The notes under the pieces are model-generated. The model saw only the letters and a program-made list of their open reading frames with translations. It had not been told where the DNA came from and did not search any database. This document shows positions 39,551 to 48,400 of a DNA stretch of 64,000 nt, one piece after another. A program made the translations under genes and the position numbers. Origin of the DNA: Promethearchaeota archaeon. Its GTDB lineage: Archaea > Asgardarchaeota > Lokiarchaeia > Sigyniarchaeales > SOKP01. Position 1 is the first letter of the stretch. Every line of letters starts with the position of its first letter. The stretch is taken from contig JAEOTZ010000021.1 of assembly GCA_016839585.1 (NCBI GenBank), forward strand, positions 24,711-88,710. Direction: 5' to 3'.

Positions 39551-42406
39551 TTACTCAATCACTTCCATAGGTTTCCCGTGATGTTCTGGGATTGGTTGAG
39601 CACCACAAGATGCGCCCATCCAACAGACTAACTGGTCGCCTTCACTATGCATAGGTTCACCACAATGCATTGGAAGTTCTTGTTCTACTCCACATTCCAC
39701 ACATTTTAATTTTCCCATTTTTTTATCAACCTCTTTTTTATTTACAGATTTAACATACTTTTCATTAATACTTTTCATTTGCATTAATTTGGGATCCATA
39801 TTATCATAGTTCTTAAATCTTTCTGGATCACGCTTAAAGTGAGTTTCACAGTTAGGATTACAGAAGTGATAAAGTTTCCCCTGATACTCATACTCAATAG
39901 CACGACTAGGAACTATTTCCATTCCACATACAGGATCGATTACTTTTTCTTGAGATAGAAGTAAACGCCCCTCTTCAAGTTGCTGAGGTGTTTTCGGTTC
40001 GAACCTTTTTAAGAACAAAGCATTGGTCACCACAGAAACGGAACTAGTCGCCATGAAAACTGCTGCTAAATAAGGAGGTAAAAAGAATCCCGTTAATCCA
40101 TATAAAATACCCGCCGCAATAGGTATTCCTATGATATTATAAATAAATGCCCAAAACAGATTCGTAATCATTTTTTTATAAGTTTTTTTAGATAAATTAA
40201 TAGCAGAAACCACATTTCTAAGGTCACCTCGCATTAGAACGATGTCAGCAGTTTCAATTGCTATATCTGTACCAGATCCAATAGCAATTCCTACATCTGC
40301 TTGAGCTAAAGCTGGTGCATCGTTAATTCCATCACCAACCATTCCGATAATCTTATGATCTTTCGAAATTTGTAAATTTTGAATTGTTTGGGCTTTTTCA
40401 TTTGGCAATACCTCCGCTAAAATATGTTCTTCATCGATTTTCAATTGGTTACCAATACTTAAAGCAGTTTGTCTGTTGTCACCAGTAATCATATATATTT
40501 CCAATCCTATATCCCTTAATTTTTCTAAAGCATATGGTGCTTGCTCCTTTAACTTATCAGAAATACCGATAATTCCTCTTATCACATTCTCAACACCAAC
40601 TAAAATAGTTGTACTTCCTTGTTGCTGGAATTCATTGAATTTCTGCTTATAATCTTCAATTGAGATTTTCTCATCTAACATTAGTTTTTCATTTCCAATT
40701 AATACAATCTTGTCTTTTATTATAGCTTTTATTCCTTTTCCAGGTATAGCATCAAATTCAATAGGAGTATCAAGATTTAGCTCTCGCTGATTTGATTCTT
40801 CTATTATTGATCTTCCAAGAGGATGTTCAGAACCCATTTCAGCACTCCCTGCGAAATATAAAAGGTCATTTTCATCGTATCCACTTCCTTTTAACTCCTT
40901 CTCAGCTAAAATTACAGAAACTTTTGGTTTTCCAACTGTTAATGTTCCAGTTTTATCAAAAACAATTGTGTTTATTGTATTTATTGCTTCTAAAGAGTCA
41001 CCACCCTTAAGGAGAATTCCATTCTCTGCTCCTTTGCCTGTGCCTACCATTACTGCTGTAGGTATTGCCAAACCTAGAGCACATGGGCATGAAATAACTA
41101 CAATTGATGTAAAAACTAATAATGATTGCTCAAGTCCTATTTGAGCAATAAGATACCAATATAAAAACACTCCTGTAGCTATCAATACTACAATGGGCAC
41201 AAAATAATTACTCACTTTATCAGCTAGTAGTTGTTTAGCTGCTTTTTTACTTTGAGCTTCTTTTACAAAATCTATGATTTGAAATAAAAGTGTATCTTTC
41301 CCTATTTTATCAGCAACAATATTAACTAGTCCAGTCTGATTGACAGTAGCGCCTATTACTTCACTATCGATTTCTTTTTTAATATATCGACTTTCTCCCG
41401 TAATCATAGATTCATCAACTTTTGTCTTACCTTTAATTACCTTTCCATCAACGGGTATCTTTTCACCTGGTCTAACTATTAAAATATCACCAACTTCGAT
41501 TTCTTCAATAGGAATTTCAATTTCTTTATCATCTTTTAAGAGAGTGGCTGTTTTTGGTTGTAAACCGATTAATTTCTTAATTGCTTCTGAAGTTTGTCCT
41601 TTTGTTTTATGCTCGAAATACTTTCCAATTAAAAGAAAAGATAGTATCATACTCATTGCCTCATAAAAAGTTTTTCCCTCGATAAAGAATGTTGTTAAAA
41701 TTGAATAAACCAATGCTGTCGTTGTTCCTAAAGCCACCAAAACATCCATATTAGTAGACTTATTTTTTAAAGACTTATATGCCCCGATTAGGAAAAATGA
41801 GCCAGCAATACTATAATTTCCTAACGCTAAAAATAATAGTAGTAGATTTCTAAAGACTGATTCAGCAACAAACCAACTAATAGGTGTAATTATAAAGGTG
41901 AAGATTAATGAAATTGTCAATATGCGAAGTCTATATCTCATTTCCTTTTTATGTTTCTCTATTTCTTTATCAATGACTCCTGCTGCTTTCTCAATTTTAT
42001 AGCCCAATTTATTTATATTTGAATAAATTTTACTTTCATCAATTTGTAATTCATTAAATTCTAAGAATAACTTTTTGGCATTATAATTTCCTCTAACATC
42101 ATTAACACCATCGATGTTTTTAATAGAATTAACTAAATTATTGAAATCTTCTTCACTAAGCAAACTAATTACTTTAATATCTATTTTAGCTAATGTAGAT
42201 TTATAACCCAAATTCCTAATTGCTTTATTAAAATCGTCATAACCAGTTATTCTACTATCATATTCAACTGTAGCCTCTTCATTAGCAAAATTTACAACTG
42301 AGCTACTTACACCACTCAAATTTTTCAATTTTGTCTCAATTTTCAATGCGCAAGAAGCACAGGTCATGCCACTGAGTTTAATTTTTACTTTTTCTTTTGA
42401 TTCCAT
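39551..42406 (-). CDS. copA: Cu(+)-exporting P1B-1 ATPase with N-terminal HMA, C-terminal YHS domain and Cys/His tail
   Basis: [38 protein letters not shown]; YHS DPVCGM...YHFCNPNC. Confidence 0.95.
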   Translation of the reverse strand: MESKEKVKIKLSGMTCASCALKIETKLKNLSGVSSSVVNFANEEATVEYDSRITGYDDFNKAIRNLGYKSTLAKIDIKVISLLSEEDFNNLVNSIKNIDGVNDVRGNYNAKKLFLEFNELQIDESKIYSNINKLGYKIEKAAGVIDKEIEKHKKEMRYRLRILTISLIFTFIITPISWFVAESVFRNLLLLFLALGNYSIAGSFFLIGAYKSLKNKSTNMDVLVALGTTTALVYSILTTFFIEGKTFYEAMSMILSFLLIGKYFEHKTKGQTSEAIKKLIGLQPKTATLLKDDKEIEIPIEEIEVGDILIVRPGEKIPVDGKVIKGKTKVDESMITGESRYIKKEIDSEVIGATVNQTGLVNIVADKIGKDTLLFQIIDFVKEAQSKKAAKQLLADKVSNYFVPIVVLIATGVFLYWYLIAQIGLEQSLLVFTSIVVISCPCALGLAIPTAVMVGTGKGAENGILLKGGDSLEAINTINTIVFDKTGTLTVGKPKVSVILAEKELKGSGYDENDLLYFAGSAEMGSEHPLGRSIIEESNQRELNLDTPIEFDAIPGKGIKAIIKDKIVLIGNEKLMLDEKISIEDYKQKFNEFQQQGSTTILVGVENVIRGIIGISDKLKEQAPYALEKLRDIGLEIYMITGDNRQTALSIGNQLKIDEEHILAEVLPNEKAQTIQNLQISKDHKIIGMVGDGINDAPALAQADVGIAIGSGTDIAIETADIVLMRGDLRNVVSAINLSKKTYKKMITNLFWAFIYNIIGIPIAAGILYGLTGFFLPPYLAAVFMATSSVSVVTNALFLKRFEPKTPQQLEEGRLLLSQEKVIDPVCGMEIVPSRAIEYEYQGKLYHFCNPNCETHFKRDPERFKNYDNMDPKLMQMKSINEKYVKSVNKKEVDKKMGKLKCVECGVEQELPMHCGEPMHSEGDQLVCWMGASCGAQPIPEHHGKPMEVIE

Positions 42407-42544
42407 ATATATTCACCATCTATTAGTAATCCTAATCATTAGAAATCAAATGGATTAAATATAGATATTGTTTATAAATTGTAAATAAAAGTAAGGATCA
42501 AGCAAATAAGAATTGATAAAATTTCTAAAAAAGTCTATATAATA

Positions 42545-42925
42545 TTATTTTTTCTTTTCACGATATTTTTTTATAGCATCGCGTAAAGCATCAGAGGCTA
42601 AATTACTGCAATGCAGTTTAATCGGAGGTAAGCCATCTAATGAGTCCGCTATATTGTCTCGAGTTATTTTTGCTGCTTCTTCAAGGGTCTTTCCTTTAGC
42701 TAATTCCGTTATCATAGATGATGTTGCAATTGCTGCTGCACAACCAAATGTTTGGAAAGATATACCATCAATTACTTCTGTGACTCCTTCTTCTTTTACC
42801 TTAATATAAATATACATTAAATCGCCACATACAGGATTTCCAACTTCCCCAATTGCATCAGCATCTTTCATTTCACCCATATTTCGGGGGTTTCTAAAGT
42901 GATCCATAACTTTTTCCGAATAAAT
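42545..42925 (-). CDS. iscU: IscU/NifU-N Fe-S scaffold (start extended to a probable ATT codon)
   Basis: (I)YSEKVMDHFRNPRNMG, GNPVCGD, FQTFGCAAAIA, LPPIKLHCS; in-frame TGA two codons above ATT; GGTGA SD. Confidence 0.92.
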   Translation of the reverse strand: MYSEKVMDHFRNPRNMGEMKDADAIGEVGNPVCGDLMYIYIKVKEEGVTEVIDGISFQTFGCAAAIATSSMITELAKGKTLEEAAKITRDNIADSLDGLPPIKLHCSNLASDALRDAIKKYREKKK

Positions 42926-43045
42926 AGATCATCACCTTTTAAAAAATTGTTATTATATATTGATAAAACTTTATAATTTAAAGTCTTGATGGTTGTTATC
43001 TAATAAGTTTAAATAGATAACTTCAAAATATTGATAAGTCTAACT

Positions 43046-45358
43046 TTAATTTAAGATTAAGAGTTTTCTCTTAATTGGAATTGAAACTTTTTCTACCCCT
43101 AAACCTTTTACGTATTCTACTGCTTCCTCTAATCTCTTAGGACTTTGATGGAAAAAGCAAACTTCTTTTGGCTCAAGACTTTTTATCATTTCAGCCAACT
43201 GATTTTTATCAGCATGTAGTTTAATTTTAAGTTGAGGAGCAAATGTATTTATTAATAATGCACGAAATGGCATTTTCCATGTTTCTGATAATTCAATTTC
43301 TTCACTTCCAGAGATCAAATCAATACCAGGAGGTTCATGAATTGAACCTGCCAAAAACACAAGATTGTGAGGGTTACGTCCAATAATATTAATAATATTT
43401 CTAATAATACCATATGAAAGATCAGGAGGATGTGAGATAATTATATTATTTTTCGCTCTTAGAAAATCTAAATTATCATGATCAAACCATCGAAATTTTA
43501 TGCTATTAAATGGATTTGCTTTATCACGAATTAATCTTGAGATAGGACCATAAATATATTCATATCGATGATTAATAACTTGAATATTTTTCCTTACCAT
43601 CATGTCTACATAAATATTAGGTCGTTTTTTGAAACCTTGTCTTAGTTGCAACTTTCTAAAATAGCGCCAAAAGATTAGCATGAATGTAATTGCTAAACTC
43701 GAAGGGTCGGCGCCAATAAGCACATTGTCTTCATATTCTGCTTTTTGTTCTAAAAATAGAATCAAACTGTGAAATTGATCTGATAAATAACCGAAATCCT
43801 CACTTGCACTTGTTCCATCAATTAAAAGATAATCAATTGGTCGAGAAATTTGTTCTAGGAACCTCCTAGTTCCTGCAAAAGGGGTAATATCATGATAAGT
43901 ATAATCTCCAGTATATAATAATCGAAAATTATTAATTTTTGCTAATAGCATCAAAGCTCCTGGCATATGTCCAGCATGAAAGAAAGAAAGGTAACAATTT
44001 TTCATTTTAAATTCTATTTTATCGCCATTTTCTACATAAATTACATTTTTTACAATATTTTTATATTCTTCTTCTTCAATTTCTTCATGAGTCTCTTGCT
44101 TTAAGAAGTTAGAATCCCTTAAGAGAAATAGATCTAATGTAATTCTTGAGCATAATATAGGGATATCTGGATATAATTCAATCAATTTTTTAAGTCCTGA
44201 AATATGATCAAAATGACTATGTGAAATAAAAATTGCATCAATTTTTGGTTTGTATGGTGACAAATTTTGGATTATTTCATGTTCAGATTCAATTTTCTCT
44301 TTTTTTTCTTCTTCTAAGATTAATTCTGGAAGGTTCTCAAGATATTCTTCAATGTGTTTAAAGTCATCTACTTTTTTACTTATATCAATTTTTTCTTCTT
44401 CTTCACCTTCTTGAGAAATTGGTTTAGAAATTCCGCAATCTAATAAAATATTTAGATTTCCTATCCCTATAATATGGCAATTGTGATTTGGTTTAAGTAT
44501 TATTGGATAAATAGTTACTCTAGATTTGGCATTATTATACTGAGAAATTGATAAACTTTTAAAATAATCTTGGTTATATCTTTTTTCAATTCTATCAATT
44601 GCTAGTGAGATTTCACTAGATCCAACAGGAACTCCTGTTATATAAAAGTACCATCCATATTTCTTAACTAAATTTTCCAAATGTTCATACATCTTATCCC
44701 CAATAAGGGATTTTATAACAATAACCTTCTCTCTATTATAATATATAACCTTCCTAATCGCCTTCTTTTCTTTTAAAGGTATATCTTCATATTTATGGAA
44801 AAAATCTTCTAAAACTTCTTTAATGGGTACTTGTGGAATATTTTCTGATTTAATTAATTTAATATACTGGAAATATTCTTTTGTATGATATAATGGACGC
44901 ATATTTTCTTTTTGTTTAATTGGAAAAACCAGATCTTTAAACTGAAAATTAACTTTACTTATCGTTATCTCTTTTTTTATCTCTTCCTTTTCTCTCTTTT
45001 TTTTGGATTTTTTTTTTCCAATATCAGTTTTAGCTATAAAAAAGAACCAACCATAATCTTGAATGAGTTTATCTCTATTCCAAATAATGTCCTTTCCCGA
45101 TTTTGTAATAATAATTAGTATTTTATCTTTTGGACAGTGGATAATTTTCGTAATTGACTTCTTTGACTTTTCAGAAATATATTTGTTTTTCAAAAAAAAA
45201 TGGTTTAATACTTCAGAAATTGGTTTCTGAGGAATTTTTCTGTTTTCCATAAACTTAAGTTTTTGATAATACGACTTAATTTTATAGGAAGAATCAATAT
45301 CCTCTTTTTCTTTAATTATTATTATTTTATCTAAAAATAAAAATTCCTCATTATTCAT
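43046..45358 (-). CDS. Beta-CASP metallo-beta-lactamase ribonuclease (CPSF73/aCPSF-like) with duplicated N-terminal domain
   Basis: LLDCG, HSHFDH, AGHMPGA, YTGD, LIDGT, LHAD, FFHQ; two ~75-aa N-terminal repeats ending YGWFFFI / YGWYFYI. Confidence 0.85.
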   Translation of the reverse strand: MNNEEFLFLDKIIIIKEKEDIDSSYKIKSYYQKLKFMENRKIPQKPISEVLNHFFLKNKYISEKSKKSITKIIHCPKDKILIIITKSGKDIIWNRDKLIQDYGWFFFIAKTDIGKKKSKKKREKEEIKKEITISKVNFQFKDLVFPIKQKENMRPLYHTKEYFQYIKLIKSENIPQVPIKEVLEDFFHKYEDIPLKEKKAIRKVIYYNREKVIVIKSLIGDKMYEHLENLVKKYGWYFYITGVPVGSSEISLAIDRIEKRYNQDYFKSLSISQYNNAKSRVTIYPIILKPNHNCHIIGIGNLNILLDCGISKPISQEGEEEEKIDISKKVDDFKHIEEYLENLPELILEEEKKEKIESEHEIIQNLSPYKPKIDAIFISHSHFDHISGLKKLIELYPDIPILCSRITLDLFLLRDSNFLKQETHEEIEEEEYKNIVKNVIYVENGDKIEFKMKNCYLSFFHAGHMPGALMLLAKINNFRLLYTGDYTYHDITPFAGTRRFLEQISRPIDYLLIDGTSASEDFGYLSDQFHSLILFLEQKAEYEDNVLIGADPSSLAITFMLIFWRYFRKLQLRQGFKKRPNIYVDMMVRKNIQVINHRYEYIYGPISRLIRDKANPFNSIKFRWFDHDNLDFLRAKNNIIISHPPDLSYGIIRNIINIIGRNPHNLVFLAGSIHEPPGIDLISGSEEIELSETWKMPFRALLINTFAPQLKIKLHADKNQLAEMIKSLEPKEVCFFHQSPKRLEEAVEYVKGLGVEKVSIPIKRKLLILN

Positions 45359-45470
45359 TATTTAATCATATTTAACAATCAAAAAAATAGTTGCGATTTC
45401 TAATAATATAGAAATATAATAAAATTACTAAATTATTCCTAATGAATTTTAATTTTTTAATTAAAAGATT

Positions 45471-45707
45471 TTATTTTATTTTTTTTCTTCTTAAAAGATC
45501 CCATGTTGTTTTCTTTCTTGGAGGAAAAGCTCCCCCTATTACGGATTTAACTTGTTCAATAGAAACAAAAGCATTTGGATTAAAATTTCTAATAATTTCC
45601 ATTATTTTAGAAAGATTTTTACGTTTAATTATTAAAACAACTAATTTAACATTATCTTTCATACTTTCAGCTGTCAATGTAGTTAGGCCATAACCTTGAG
45701 TTAAATT
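45471..45707 (-). pseudogene. DUF2179 (UPF0316 C-terminal, PII-like) fragment lacking its membrane domain
   Basis: QGYGLTTLTAES...IIKRKNLSKIMEIIRNFNPNAFVSIEQVKSVIGG; the frame starts right after the upstream TAA. Confidence 0.5.
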
Positions 45708-46376
45708 TTATCCCGCTACAACAACTCCAGGATGTCTAATCTTTTCTCTTTCTGCTAATTTTAAAGAATGTTCTTTCTTTAAATCAGCAAGTTTATTTTC
45801 TCTTTTTCTAATATTATTTTCTTTTTCTATTACGTCTTTTTTTTGTTTTAGTAGGTTTTCTTTTTGTTTTTCATAGTTGATTTTAGCTTTCATTATTTTT
45901 TCCTCTGAAGCATGTGTTTTAACAACTTTTAAATAATTAAATTGTGCTTTAGATAACTTTTCTCGTTCTTTTGCAACATCCAATTTTTCATTAGCCAACT
46001 TTAATTTTTGATCGGCAATCGATTTTTCAAGTAAAGCTACTTTTTTATTAACCTCAGCTATATCTTCTTGATTTTTGGCTATTTTTTCATTATAAGTAGC
46101 ATATTCACTTTCTATTTTTAATTCTTCTTCTGGAAAATCAATTATCTGATTCTTTTTAATTTTAATTTTTTCTTTTGCTAAAAAATTTCTCTTTTCTGCC
46201 AATTCTTTTTTAATTTTTGCCAATTGATATTCAATCTTCATCAAATTTTCTCTAACCTTTGATCTTTTAATTTCAACTAAAGCATTATTTTTTGATTTTT
46301 TAGCAACCTCTCTTTCATGTTGAGCAATTCTTTGATTCTCCTGGGCTTCTTTTTCAATATGCATTAATTCATCCAT
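45708..46376 (-). CDS. Coiled-coil protein
   Basis: K/E-rich heptads throughout; GAGGTGA SD. Confidence 0.75.
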   Translation of the reverse strand: MDELMHIEKEAQENQRIAQHEREVAKKSKNNALVEIKRSKVRENLMKIEYQLAKIKKELAEKRNFLAKEKIKIKKNQIIDFPEEELKIESEYATYNEKIAKNQEDIAEVNKKVALLEKSIADQKLKLANEKLDVAKEREKLSKAQFNYLKVVKTHASEEKIMKAKINYEKQKENLLKQKKDVIEKENNIRKRENKLADLKKEHSLKLAEREKIRHPGVVVAG

Positions 46377-46648
46377 TTACTTTCACCTCTTAATATTTCA
46401 TTTTAAATAAAATCTATTTAGAAACTGATTTAAATCCTTTTAAAAAAAGGTCTAAATATTAATTTGATAAAAATGCTTTTTAAATGTTTGTTCCAAATAT
46501 TTGTAATTTAGTATAATAAATTAAAATTATTAAATAGATTTAAATAATAGATATTAATCTTTTATGAGAGAAATAAAAAGTATATTTTTTAGCCAGTTTG
46601 TTTATTTATTTATATTGAAAATATAGTTAATATATTTATATCTTTAGC

Positions 46649-47323
46649 CTAATAACCAGAATTTTGTTTATAGAATTTTATTAATTTAGCAATATCAATA
46701 GGACCATTGATATTGATCAAACTAACTAATTTTTTATCTAATGGTTGAATAGATTTTTCCACAGATACAAAATTTATTCTCCAGTTTTTATCTATGAAAT
46801 TATATAAACCATAATTTTCTTTAGTTAGAATTTCTTTTGCTTTATAATATCCTTTTTCAACGGGATAAATAGCAAAAAATGGTTCTAAAAAGCCATTATT
46901 CCATCTAGGTATACAACAATCATAATCTTCAGATTCTTTTATCATTAATTCAATTATTTCTGGTTTAATTAAAGGCATATCACATGATAATAAGAATACT
47001 TTTTCAAAATTTAACCTAATTAATTCCTTTAATCCAGAATATATGCCTAACATTGGGTTAAAGATTTTTGGATATTTAAATTTCTCACGGTCGTCTACAA
47101 TAAAAGTGATTTCTTTAGGGAATTCTATTAATTTGTGATAATCAAATACTTGATCTTCAGAATGTGCCACTAAAAAGATATCCTCATCAAAGTTATTTAA
47201 AGTTTCTATTTGATGTAAAATTAACGGTTTTCCAAAGAAATCTACAGCCGCTTTTTCAGTACCAAAACGAGTACTTTTACCTCCAATTAAAATAAGAATC
47301 GCAAGGTATTTTGGTTTTTCCAT
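46649..47323 (-). CDS. mobA: Molybdenum cofactor guanylyltransferase
   Basis: ILIGGKSTRFGTEKA, PMLGIYSGL, LSCDMP, EPFFAIY, NINGPIDI. Confidence 0.88.
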   Translation of the reverse strand: MEKPKYLAILILIGGKSTRFGTEKAAVDFFGKPLILHQIETLNNFDEDIFLVAHSEDQVFDYHKLIEFPKEITFIVDDREKFKYPKIFNPMLGIYSGLKELIRLNFEKVFLLSCDMPLIKPEIIELMIKESEDYDCCIPRWNNGFLEPFFAIYPVEKGYYKAKEILTKENYGLYNFIDKNWRINFVSVEKSIQPLDKKLVSLININGPIDIAKLIKFYKQNSGY

Positions 47324-47462
47324 TTTAGACAGTATATTTATTATTATGTTTAGAATATGTAATTAATATAGAACTAATTATTTCTAAAAAAACTTCATTT
47401 CAAGAGTTATCTTTTTATTGGAAGATTTTAAGGATTTTAGATTTTATAATTATATACTAAAT

Positions 47463-47597
47463 TTAATATTCTTCGTCATATTCTTCCCAATCCTCATCTT
47501 CATCCTCATCTTCATCCTCATCCTCATCCCATTCTTCTTCATCCTTATATTTTTTTTTCCCACAAGTATATTCCATTTCCATTTTCTCCATCTCCAT
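47463..47597 (-). CDS. Hyper-acidic low-complexity peptide, 44 aa (below ORF-track cutoff)
   Basis: MEMEKMEMEYTCGKKKYKDEEEWDEDEDEDEDEDEDWEEYDEEY*; a purine-rich GAT/GAG/GAA island in very AT-rich DNA. Confidence 0.6.
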   Translation of the reverse strand: MEMEKMEMEYTCGKKKYKDEEEWDEDEDEDEDEDEDWEEYDEEY

Positions 47598-48400
47598 TAA
47601 TATCTCAATTTAAATTAAATTAAAATATATATATTTTATCAATTACGTAAAAAATCAAAATACATATTTAAATATTTCTAATTTATATAATAATTGCTAA
47701 AAATTACTATATTAATAGAAATATGGTAAAATCTAAATAGAGTAATAAAAATATCATATAATTTTTTTTCTCAATCTTTACAAATAATAACATAATATAG
47801 ATTTTCTTGGTTAAAAAATTCATGAAATTAATAGAAAGGTATCAATAATTCTTAAATTTTCTAAATTTTTTTTTAAAATTTAAAAAAATGCTGATCATAA
47901 TTAATCTATAAATTTAATAATTTCTCTTTTGGATTTCTTGGATAAACTTAGAGAAAACCTATTTATTTAATAATGAATTAGATATATTTCAAATATATAA
48001 TTCAATAAAATATATACAAAGCAAAATAGCTTATACTTAAAATTTTTTACCTCGTAAAGTAAGATTAGTATTCTTAAAATCTATCTGATAATTAGTAATC
48101 CTAATATCGTGTTCTTAGCTTATCTCCTGTTAACAAGATGTAAATCGAAATATTTATAAATAAGATTATGTATATATGTCATCAATAATCAAGTTTAATT
48201 TATAAAAAAAAAAATTAAATCTATATAAAATAGAGAGGAAATAAATAAATTTAACAAATTTAAAGATTAAAAACTAAATAAAATTTTTAATAAAAGAGTG
48301 AGATATCAGAAGAAATTTAAGATCATTTGTCAATAATAAAAACCTAATAAAATATTCGAAGAGATTTTACGGTTCAATAAAAAAAGTCTAAAAAAAAAAG

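Noticed and set aside
45708-46376. SMC or ESCRT-III/PspA assignment for the coiled-coil proteins
   Set aside because: No Walker motifs or recognisable Snf7/PspA signature; heptad composition alone is not diagnostic
47418-47600. Plus-strand 60-aa hydrophobic ORF (ILIFILIL...)
   Set aside because: It is the reverse complement of the (GAT GAR)n acidic ORF; the I/L/F pattern is the expected antisense artefact
47600-48400. Long AT-rich gap as a replication origin or riboswitch
   Set aside because: No ORB-like G-string repeats, no adjacent cdc6/orc1 and no convincing stems; TATA-like words are too frequent here to be informative
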